The notes under the pieces are model-generated. The model did not search any database, was not told the origin of the DNA, and saw only the letters and a program-made list of their open reading frames with translations. From NCBI GenBank assembly GCA_036489635.1, contig DASXFK010000089.1:33794-97793 (forward strand): a DNA stretch of 64,000 nt. The letters are read 5' to 3'. Shown here piece after piece: positions 1 to 8,159 of this stretch (its first letter is position 1; each line of letters starts with the position of its first letter). Made by a program: the position numbers and the translations under genes. Source of the stretch: Rhizomicrobium sp. (lineage in GTDB: Bacteria; Pseudomonadota; Alphaproteobacteria; Micropepsales; Micropepsaceae).

Positions 1-170
1 GATGCGATCGTCGTGGGATGATTGCCGCCGTAACAGGCGAGCGCGGAGACCCAATAGCCGAGCATCATCTGTCCGAGCCAGAAGATCGGCGCCGCGGCGG
101 CTCCGAAGAGCAGCGCGTAAAATCCGGCGCGATTGCGCGTGGGAGCGGGATGGGACACAGCGCTGCTCAT
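1..170 (-). CDS. Partial membrane protein, last visible gene of the oxidase operon (runs off the window start)
   Basis: ATG at 168-170 overlaps the subunit III stop (ATGA); reads MSSAVSHPAPTRNRAGFYALLFGAAAAPIFWLGQMMLGYW..., hydrophobic and open to position 1. Confidence 0.65.
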   Translation of the reverse strand, partial: MSSAVSHPAPTRNRAGFYALLFGAAAAPIFWLGQMMLGYWVSALACYGGNHPTTIA

Positions 171-781
171 GACCGCAACCCCAGATAGGGCGTAATGTAG
201 AACGTGAAGAAGATTACGAGCCACACCGCATCGACGAAATGCCAATAGAGGGCGCCGATGTGGATATGGGCGTAGCGTACGCGGTTGAAATATCCCATCG
301 CCGACCAAGCAAAGAGTGCCCACAGCATGACGACGCCGACGATCACATGCGCCATGTGAAAGCCGGTAATGGTGAAATAGAGCGAGCTATAAGGCGTGCT
401 GGCGAGCGTGAAGGACTTCTCGGCCCATTCGAAATACTGCACCATAAGGAAGATCATCCCGAGTATGGCGCCTATCGCCAGGCCGATGCACAGGCGGCGG
501 TTGTCGTCGCGCTCGATATTGAACTGCGCCCAGCCGACCGCAACGCTCGACAATAGCAGCACGATCGTATCGGGAAGCGACAATGACAGTGACGGCAAGC
601 CGCCTTGCGGAAACGTGCCCGCCACATGCGGCTGCACCGCGATATAATAGTAGGAGAACACCAGATAGGCGAAGAGCGACGCCTCCGTGAACACCACGAA
701 GATCATCGCCCACCAGCCAGACGCACGCGTGTCGATCGCGCCGATGGGCAATGCGGATTGCAGCGGCATCTGGTCAGACAT
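167..781 (-). CDS. ctaE: Heme-copper (cytochrome c) oxidase subunit III
   Basis: FTEASLFAYL, YSSLYFTITGFHMAHV and LYWHFVDAVW motifs; start reassigned to MSDQMP (781), overlapping the subunit I stop. Confidence 0.92.
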   Translation of the reverse strand: MSDQMPLQSALPIGAIDTRASGWWAMIFVVFTEASLFAYLVFSYYYIAVQPHVAGTFPQGGLPSLSLSLPDTIVLLLSSVAVGWAQFNIERDDNRRLCIGLAIGAILGMIFLMVQYFEWAEKSFTLASTPYSSLYFTITGFHMAHVIVGVVMLWALFAWSAMGYFNRVRYAHIHIGALYWHFVDAVWLVIFFTFYITPYLGLRS

Positions 782-2729
782 TGGCCGGCTCCGCGGTCTC
801 GCCCAGCGCGCGTTCGGGCCACAGCCAGCCGATGATGGCCGCCGCGGTCGCCAGCCCCGCAAGTCCCACCAGCCACCACCAATGGAATGCCAGCCCGACG
901 AACACGCCTGTCGCCGTGATCGCCAGGATGACGGGCGCGTAGGACTCGCGCGGCATTTTCAGGATGATGTCGGGCTGCGCGTCGAGCGGCGACGTGCCGA
1001 TATTCTCGCGGCCGTGATCGAGCACCAGACCGGCGCGGACGTGGCTGCCCTCGCCTTCGTGCTGCTGCAGCCGATCCTCCCAAAGCGGATGGCGGCTGGC
1101 GACGGTGGGAATGACGGTGAAGTTGTAAGGCGGCGGCGGCGATGTCGTCGCCCATTCCAGTGTCGGCGCGTCCCACGGATTGTCGCCGGCTGGCGCGCCC
1201 CGACGATAGCTCTTGATGACGTTGTAAAGGAATATCAGCACGCCCGCGGCGAAGACGTAGGAGCCGATGGTGGTGATCAGATTGAGCCAATCCCAACCCA
1301 TGCCGTCGGCGAAGGTATAGACGCGGCGCGGCATGCCGAGCAGGCCCGATATGTGCATCGGAAAGAAGCCGAGATTGAAACCGATGAACATGGTCCAGAA
1401 ATTCCAGCGGCCGAGACGCTCGTCGAGAAGCCGGCCGGTCATCTTTGGAAACCAGAAATAGGTCGCGCCTACCACCGGGAAGACATTGATGCCGATGAGC
1501 ACATAGTGGATGTGCGCGACCACAAAATAAGTGTCGGTGAGCTGCCAGTCCACCGGAACCGAACCGGTCATGAACCCGGACACGCCGCCAATCACGAACA
1601 GCACGATGAAGCTGGCGAAGAACATGAAGGCTGTGGTGAACACCGGCCTGCCCGTCCAGATCGTGGCGATCCAGGCGAAGACGCCGACAGCGCTCGGCAC
1701 GGCGATGATGATGGACGCCGCGCTGAAGAAGGACAGCGAGACGCTCGGCAGTCCGGTCGCGAACATGTGGTGGACCCACACGCCGAAACCCAGCACCATG
1801 GTGGCGACGGTGGCGAGCGCGACCACCGTATATCCGACCAGCGGGCGGCGGCAGAACACGGGAAGCCCATCCGACACCATGCCCATCGCGGGAAGCACGA
1901 TGGCGTAGACCCACGGGTGCCCGAACATCCAGAAAAGATGTTGCCAGAGCAAAACCGAACCACCGGCCTGCGCGTCGAAAAAATGCGTGCCGACATTGCG
2001 GTCCATCCACAGCAGGAAGAATGCGAGGCTGACCGCGGGAATGGCGAAGATGTTGGCGGCGGACGCTGTTAGCGTGCCCCACACCAGGATCGGAACGCGG
2101 TTGATCGACATGCCCGGCGCGCGCATGCGCAGGAAGGTGACGACGAAATTGATCGCGCCCACCGTGACGGAGATGCCGAGCAGGATCATGCCCAGGGCGT
2201 AGAAATCGATATTCGGTCCGGCGTTGTAGGCGCGCGCGGCATAAGGAACGTAATTGAACCAGCCATCGTTGGCGCCGAAGCCGAAGGCGAACGCCGCATA
2301 AAGGAAAATCCCGGCGCAGAGATAAATCCAATAGGACAGCGCGTTCAGCCGCGGCAGCGCCATGTCGCGCGCGCCCAGCAGCAGCGGCCACAAATAGTTC
2401 GAGAATCCCGACAGGATCGGCCCGGCATAGAGGAAGATCATCGTCATCCCGTGGGTGGAGAAAAGCTGGTCGTATTGCTCGGGCGTCAGCACATGCCGGT
2501 TGGGCCAGGCGAGTTGCAGACGGAAGATCAGCGCCTCGACGCCGCCTGCGATCAGAAATGCAAACGCGGTGATGATATAGCGGATGCCGATTTCCTTGTG
2601 ATCGACCGTGGAGAGGAAGCCGGCCAGACCCGGCGGCGTTTCCCACATTTGCTGCAGTTTCTCGGCCAGCGCCGAGGCCCGGTCCGCGGAGGCGACGGTC
2701 GGAACGCGTTCGTAATCGGTCGTCGTCAT
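774..2729 (-). CDS. ctaD: Cytochrome c oxidase subunit I, A-family-like with atypical proton-channel residues
   Basis: VDHKEIG, THGMTMIF, GHPWVY, VWVHHMF, VVAHIHY and GMPRR motifs; extra C-terminal hydrophobic helices. Confidence 0.95.
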   Translation of the reverse strand: MTTTDYERVPTVASADRASALAEKLQQMWETPPGLAGFLSTVDHKEIGIRYIITAFAFLIAGGVEALIFRLQLAWPNRHVLTPEQYDQLFSTHGMTMIFLYAGPILSGFSNYLWPLLLGARDMALPRLNALSYWIYLCAGIFLYAAFAFGFGANDGWFNYVPYAARAYNAGPNIDFYALGMILLGISVTVGAINFVVTFLRMRAPGMSINRVPILVWGTLTASAANIFAIPAVSLAFFLLWMDRNVGTHFFDAQAGGSVLLWQHLFWMFGHPWVYAIVLPAMGMVSDGLPVFCRRPLVGYTVVALATVATMVLGFGVWVHHMFATGLPSVSLSFFSAASIIIAVPSAVGVFAWIATIWTGRPVFTTAFMFFASFIVLFVIGGVSGFMTGSVPVDWQLTDTYFVVAHIHYVLIGINVFPVVGATYFWFPKMTGRLLDERLGRWNFWTMFIGFNLGFFPMHISGLLGMPRRVYTFADGMGWDWLNLITTIGSYVFAAGVLIFLYNVIKSYRRGAPAGDNPWDAPTLEWATTSPPPPYNFTVIPTVASRHPLWEDRLQQHEGEGSHVRAGLVLDHGRENIGTSPLDAQPDIILKMPRESYAPVILAITATGVFVGLAFHWWWLVGLAGLATAAAIIGWLWPERALGETAEPANV

Positions 2730-2736
2730 CGCGCCC

Positions 2737-3762
2737 TCAATTCAACGTCTTGAGATAAGCTTGCACGTCGGCGAGTTCGCGCCCCGAAAGCTCGGGCTTC
2801 TGCATCAGCGCGCCCGGCTTGACGTTCTGGGGATCGGAAATCCAGCGCGCGAGATTGCGCGGCGTGTTGGCAAGCAGCCCCGCCGCGATGGTGTGGCGCT
2901 GCATCAGATGACTGAGGTCGGGGCCCAGCATGCCTGCCGCATCCGTGCCGCGCACTTCATGGCAACTGCCGCAATGCATGTTGAAATTGGCGAGCCCCGC
3001 CCATTGCTGGCCGTCCGTCGGCCGCGCCGGCGACTGCAATTGATGGGCGCGCCACGCGGCAAAATCCGCAGGCGTCTGCGCCACGAGAAGCAGGCCCATT
3101 TTGGCATGCTCGACGCCGCAATATTCGGTGCATTGGCCGCGATAGATGCCCGGCTTATGCGCCTCGAGCCAGGTCTGATTTGTCTGGCCGGGAATGACGT
3201 CCGTTTTGCCGCCGACCGCGGGAATCCAGAAAGAATGAATCACATCGGTGCTGACGAGCTTGAACAGAACCGGCTCGCCGGCGGGGATATGGATTTCGTT
3301 CGCGGTGGTGAAAACCTGCGACGGATCGCTGCTCAGATAACGCGCCTGCCACCACCATTGATGCGCCGTGATCTCCACGGTGAGCGCCGGCTTGGTAGGC
3401 GCAGACGTGATGCGCGCCAGCACCTCCATAGTCCACACCACCGTGAACAGCAGCACCAGCGAGGAAATCCCGACGCCGATCCAGATCCAGCTCAGCCCCG
3501 TGGTCTTTTCTTCGACATCGATCCGGCTTCCACTGGCTGGAACCGCAATACCTGGCCGGCGCCAGATCGCGCCCGCCAGGAGCAGAGAGATAATGACGAT
3601 GACTGCAATGGAGATGATCGTGACGCCCCATGTCAGGGGAACCGTGGCGTCGGCCTTGTCGCCGTAGCTGGCGAGGTAGTTCAACGGCGCGTCGGCTTGC
3701 GCGCGCACCGGCAGCAATGGTGCAACGCACAAAAGCCAAAGGAGCACTTTCGGTTGGCGCAC
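2737..3762 (-). CDS. coxB: Cytochrome c oxidase subunit II with fused C-terminal cytochrome c (caa3-type)
   Basis: HQWWW, DVIHSFWIP, CuA motif CTEYCGVEHAKM, haem motif CGSCH; GTG at 3762 preceded by GAGGGG and followed by a signal peptide. Confidence 0.92.
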   Translation of the reverse strand: MRQPKVLLWLLCVAPLLPVRAQADAPLNYLASYGDKADATVPLTWGVTIISIAVIVIISLLLAGAIWRRPGIAVPASGSRIDVEEKTTGLSWIWIGVGISSLVLLFTVVWTMEVLARITSAPTKPALTVEITAHQWWWQARYLSSDPSQVFTTANEIHIPAGEPVLFKLVSTDVIHSFWIPAVGGKTDVIPGQTNQTWLEAHKPGIYRGQCTEYCGVEHAKMGLLLVAQTPADFAAWRAHQLQSPARPTDGQQWAGLANFNMHCGSCHEVRGTDAAGMLGPDLSHLMQRHTIAAGLLANTPRNLARWISDPQNVKPGALMQKPELSGRELADVQAYLKTLN

Positions 3763-3915
3763 AGTCCCCTCGTGCCGCCGTCTGAGGACGACGCTCGAAA
3801 AAGCAATGCGGAACGCGCCCGTTCGATCCTGAAATGTCGGTAATCCGCGTGGCCGTATTGCCGCAGGGTATTGGAGTGTAAGACGCGCGCTCACAAAGCG
3901 GCGAGCGCCACTATT

Positions 3916-5133
3916 TCATTCCGCCGCCTTGAGACTGCTGCGGACTTTCGCGGCATCCGCTGGCGAGACCGCGCCGGCGTGGTTGCCCCAACTGTTGCGG
4001 AGATAGTTCGCGACATTGGCGAGTTCCGTATTCGTCAAAACGGGAAATCCCGGCATGGAGAAATGCGCCGGTTGATTCGGCACGGAGGCCGATTGCGACC
4101 CCTCCAAAATCACATGCAACAGCGTTGTCGCGTTCGGGGCATTGACCAGGGAATTATCGGCAAGCGAGGGATAATCCTTGTTCCGTGCCGAGTGGCAGAC
4201 GGAGCAGCGCGCCACGAATACGGCCTGACCCGACTGCATTGCTGCCGGAGCGGGCTTTTTCGGTTCAGCTTCCGGCTCAGCCGGCAAGCTCTTTAGGTAT
4301 GTCGCGACGGCAAAACGGTCGGCGTCGGTCCAGCGGCTGCTCGACAACCGGACGACATCGCGCATGGAACCGACCACCCAGCCGTAGCGATTCTCGCCGG
4401 TTTTCAAATATTGCGCGATGTCGGCCGCGCTCCATTTGCCGAGCCCTGTCCGCGGGGAGCCGGTGAGATTGGGCGCATACCAGCCATCGATGACTTCGCC
4501 TTGCAGAAATTTGTCGGACTTGTTGGCGAAAAGGAAATTCTTGGGCGTGTGGCAGCCGCCGCAATGCCCCAGGCCGTTGACGATCTCGCCGCCGCGATTC
4601 CATGCGGCCGATTGCGAAGGATCGTGCCTGAACGGACTTTGCGGCGTGAACATCCAATCCCAGAACGTCATGAACCATCGGATGTTCGCGGGAAAAATCA
4701 GCTTGTTTTGACGATTGCGCTGATGAACGGCAGGCAGCGTGCGCAAATAGGCGAAGATCGCATCGGTGTCGGATCGGGAGATCTTCCTGAAATAGGCATA
4801 AGGAAAAGCCGGATAGAGATGGCGCCCGTCTGCCGCGATACCATCGTGCATGGCGCGGTAGAACTGGTCCGCCGTCCAGCTTCCGATTCCGGTTTGCTTG
4901 TCCGGCGTGATGTTGGTGGAATAGACGGTGCCGAAGATCGCATGCAGGGGATATCCGCCGGCGTAAGGTTTCGCCTCAGCGACGGGGGCAGTGTGACACA
5001 CGACGCAGTCGCCTTGCGTGACCAGATAATTGCCGCGCGCGACCTCGCCTGCCGGCTGTGCGCGGACGCGGGGCGCCATAAGCATCGAGCACAAAAAGAG
5101 AATTGCCAGCCCGGCGGCCTGTCCGTAGCGCAT
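3916..5133 (-). CDS. Trihaem cytochrome c, gluconate/alcohol dehydrogenase cytochrome-subunit family
   Basis: Signal peptide; CVVCH, CGGCH, CSVCH; family motifs YSTNITPD and LYPAFPY. Confidence 0.9.
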   Translation of the reverse strand: MRYGQAAGLAILFLCSMLMAPRVRAQPAGEVARGNYLVTQGDCVVCHTAPVAEAKPYAGGYPLHAIFGTVYSTNITPDKQTGIGSWTADQFYRAMHDGIAADGRHLYPAFPYAYFRKISRSDTDAIFAYLRTLPAVHQRNRQNKLIFPANIRWFMTFWDWMFTPQSPFRHDPSQSAAWNRGGEIVNGLGHCGGCHTPKNFLFANKSDKFLQGEVIDGWYAPNLTGSPRTGLGKWSAADIAQYLKTGENRYGWVVGSMRDVVRLSSSRWTDADRFAVATYLKSLPAEPEAEPKKPAPAAMQSGQAVFVARCSVCHSARNKDYPSLADNSLVNAPNATTLLHVILEGSQSASVPNQPAHFSMPGFPVLTNTELANVANYLRNSWGNHAGAVSPADAAKVRSSLKAAE

Positions 5134-5361
5134 AAGTGTCCGGAGTTCCCACAGTCGATAGGGAAGAAACGCCTGTCGGCGCCAAGCGATGCATGCCGGA
5201 CCGATTTAAGGGACGTGCTCTGACGCGGCCCCTTCGGAAATCACCGGAACCTGGATGACGCCTCGCTTGCGCAGGCGCGCGCCTGTCACGGCGAAAAATC
5301 GACGCGCGCCTTCCTCATCCTTGGCTGACCTGCTTGCAGCGTCACATTATTCCCACGCGGC

Positions 5362-6252
5362 CTACTTCGCCGGCTTGAGCGACAATGCGATCTGCCTGGC
5401 CATGTTCTCGTCGGGGATCACGGAGTTCTTGAACGAGATTTCCAGATTGCAGGTTCCGGTCTTGCCGAGCACGGCGACGTACCAGCCATTGTTGTTCTGA
5501 AAATGCGGCGCGTACTGATACCACAGCCGCTGCGGCGTATCCTCGAAGGTCTTGACCGGCTTGTAAGCGCCGATATTCAGCGCCTTCAGCTCCGCCAGTG
5601 ACTTCATGTTGCTCGCATAGTCGGTGGTGAACACATGCACATCGACGCCGAAATCCGGCGACGATGCCTCACGCATGGATCGATCGACCGTCCAGCCCGC
5701 CGGAATCGTCACTTCGCATTCGCCATTTTGCGTGACGATGCGCTGCGGCGCTTTGCTGCTCGACAGAGGCGGTGGCGACGCCGAGCCGGCTTTCGCATAG
5801 ACGGTCGACATGCTCTGTTCCTTGCCGTCGGGGTCTTTGCCTTTCATGGTGTCGGTGAGCCCCTTCCCGCCGCCGGACAGCGTATAAATCTCCTCGAAGC
5901 CGTTGGGACCCATGGATATGACGCAATGGATCGTCATCGCGCCCTCGCGGTTGCAAGTGCGGTCCTCGCCCATGCCACCCTTGTGGGCCTTTCCGTCTAG
6001 CACGACCTTTGTGTCGATCCATGTGCTCGACGTGCCGCCGGATTTGTCCTGCTTCACGCTCGTCTGCCTGATCGCGTAGCCATCCGGGGTCTGGGTGATG
6101 GCGAGCGACTGGCTCTTCAGCGCAGCTTGCTCAGGCGCCACCGTGCTCATATCGGCGGCCCATGTTCCGGAAAATGGATCGGACGCGGCTGCGAAAGATG
6201 CTGTAGCCGCCAGACATGTCGAAGCCATTATCATCGCCGGAATAATTTTCAT
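5362..6252 (-). CDS. Secreted hypothetical protein, probably two domains
   Basis: MKIIPAMIMASTCLAATASFAA signal peptide, then DPFSGTW; SASPPPLSSSKAP linker; coding-like codon usage. Confidence 0.7.
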   Translation of the reverse strand: MKIIPAMIMASTCLAATASFAAASDPFSGTWAADMSTVAPEQAALKSQSLAITQTPDGYAIRQTSVKQDKSGGTSSTWIDTKVVLDGKAHKGGMGEDRTCNREGAMTIHCVISMGPNGFEEIYTLSGGGKGLTDTMKGKDPDGKEQSMSTVYAKAGSASPPPLSSSKAPQRIVTQNGECEVTIPAGWTVDRSMREASSPDFGVDVHVFTTDYASNMKSLAELKALNIGAYKPVKTFEDTPQRLWYQYAPHFQNNNGWYVAVLGKTGTCNLEISFKNSVIPDENMARQIALSLKPAK

Positions 6253-6495
6253 CGCTATTTTCCCCAATTGTGTTGTGCCGGAAGACTCAATCTGGCTTTC
6301 GCGGCAGGACGTAGGAGAAAGCCCTATAAACACGCGGGGTGCATGACTCATTTGCAGTAGATTTTCCGCCAAATCGCTTCGCGCATCTGAACCGCGGATC
6401 GTGCCAGACGCTTGTTTTTCCTTGATCTTTCAGAAATATCGGTAGCGCCGCGAGATGTGTTCTAGGCTGCGGCGAACAGGGGGCCAGCAGCCACA

Positions 6496-7635
6496 ATGGC
6501 GATAACGCAGGAATTGCTCGCGCTCATACCGGCGATCTACGACACCGCACTCGACCCACGCCAATGGGGGTTCGTGCTCGAGAGGCTCACCGACGCGATC
6601 GGCGGGCATCACGCAACCATAATGTGGGGCCAGAGTTCGGGTGACGCGCAGTTCATCACCCACGGCTACAGTGCGGACGTGTTGCGCGACGCCTATGTTC
6701 CGATTGCGGCCAGCAACATATTCGCGGATCGCGCGATGAGGGCGCCCCAGGGCACCGTGGAAAGCGATCTCGATGTCCTGCCGAAGTCTGAATTTCGGGC
6801 TTCAGAATTCTACAAAGACTTTCTCATCAAATATCTGGATGCGGATGCCATCCTCACTGGGATGCTGTGGCGCGATCGAGATACTCTGGTCGCACTCAAC
6901 ATCTGCCGGAATAGACATGCCGGCGCGTTTTCCCAGCGCGACAAAAGACGCCTCAATGTGCTGATGCCGCATTTCGCGCGCGCCATCGCCATCGGCAATC
7001 GTCTGGGTTCGCTGGAGAATTGTGCCCGCACGGCGCACGAAATGGTTCACCAGGCCCCCTGCGGCGCGATCGTGACGGACAAGACAGGACACGTCATATA
7101 CGCCAACCGGCGCGGCGAACTCTTGTTGCAGCAAGGCGACGCCATCTCCGCATCCAGCGAAGGCCTGCGGGCGGCGACGCCGGCGCTCACCGCAAACCTG
7201 CGCTGCATAATCGCCAAGGCAACAGCCGGCGAAGGCGGTGCGATTGCTCTGCGGTCGCCATCGGTCACACTTTATGGCGTGGCTGTGCCGCTTGGTGTCG
7301 AATTCGGATGGCTCAGGGCCGCGCCGGGCCGCGTCTTGCTGATGTTGACCGAACCCAATGACATTCCGGCATTGCCGCTCGAATATCTTCGCGATCTGTT
7401 CAAACTGACAATCGCCGAAGCGCGGCTCGCGACCATTCTGCAGCAGGGCAAGACCCTCGCGCAGGCGGCGAGCATCCTGGCTATCAGCAAACACACCGGA
7501 CGCGTGCATCTGAACGCGCTGCTCAGCAAGACCGGAACCCATAGACAGTCGGAATTGATGCGACTGCTGATGGCGTTGCCGCGCACGCTGTCTGCGGGTG
7601 AAGCTCTTGCAACGAGTCCTTCGCCGAACGTCTGA
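6496..7635 (+). CDS. LuxR-family HTH regulator with GAF/PAS-like sensor region
   Basis: IYDTALDPRQW N-terminus; PAS-like VIYANRRGE; C-terminal LTIAEARLA...KTGTHRQSELM HTH. Confidence 0.88.
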   Translation: MAITQELLALIPAIYDTALDPRQWGFVLERLTDAIGGHHATIMWGQSSGDAQFITHGYSADVLRDAYVPIAASNIFADRAMRAPQGTVESDLDVLPKSEFRASEFYKDFLIKYLDADAILTGMLWRDRDTLVALNICRNRHAGAFSQRDKRRLNVLMPHFARAIAIGNRLGSLENCARTAHEMVHQAPCGAIVTDKTGHVIYANRRGELLLQQGDAISASSEGLRAATPALTANLRCIIAKATAGEGGAIALRSPSVTLYGVAVPLGVEFGWLRAAPGRVLLMLTEPNDIPALPLEYLRDLFKLTIAEARLATILQQGKTLAQAASILAISKHTGRVHLNALLSKTGTHRQSELMRLLMALPRTLSAGEALATSPSPNV

Positions 7636-7783
7636 AATCATTCGCGAACGGAAATCTGTGCCGCGCCTTGCGTGGAATCGTCAAAATGTGTCGCGTTGCC
7701 TGTCGCTGGCAGAGGGCGCAAGTCGCCGTTTCGCGGTTCATTGCGCCGTTTGCCCTCGCAGCGGGCAGATGCCGCGCGCGAAA

Positions 7784-8158
7784 TCAATGCCCTGGGATGC
7801 AACTGATCGAGCCTATGGTGTTGGCGCCATATTGCACGAAGCCGGTGGGCGTCGGTGGCGAATGCTGTACGACAATCGGCAAATACATATAGCAGACCGT
7901 GCCATCCACCGGATCGCGCCAGCGTTGGACAACGGTATCGCGCAAGGGCCCGGCATACTGTGCCTGCAGCTGCATGCGCGGCGGATTTTGATGCGCAGCC
8001 GGTGTCGCGAGCTTGGTTGGGCTTGCCGGCGTGGCGGCCGCCAGCGGATGGGCGCCGTCGGCGGATGCAAGCCCAAGGGCGAAGGCGACCGCAACAACAA
8101 TCACGACTGCTGCTCCTGCAACAACAAGGTTTTGGCGTGAGGAAGCGAAGATTGCCAC
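7784..8158 (-). CDS. Small exported or membrane-anchored hypothetical protein
   Basis: GTG at 8158, 1 nt after the autotransporter stop; N-terminal hydrophobic helix, Pro/Ala linker, C-terminal domain with two Cys. Confidence 0.65.
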   Translation of the reverse strand: MAIFASSRQNLVVAGAAVVIVVAVAFALGLASADGAHPLAAATPASPTKLATPAAHQNPPRMQLQAQYAGPLRDTVVQRWRDPVDGTVCYMYLPIVVQHSPPTPTGFVQYGANTIGSISCIPGH

Positions 8159-8159
8159 G

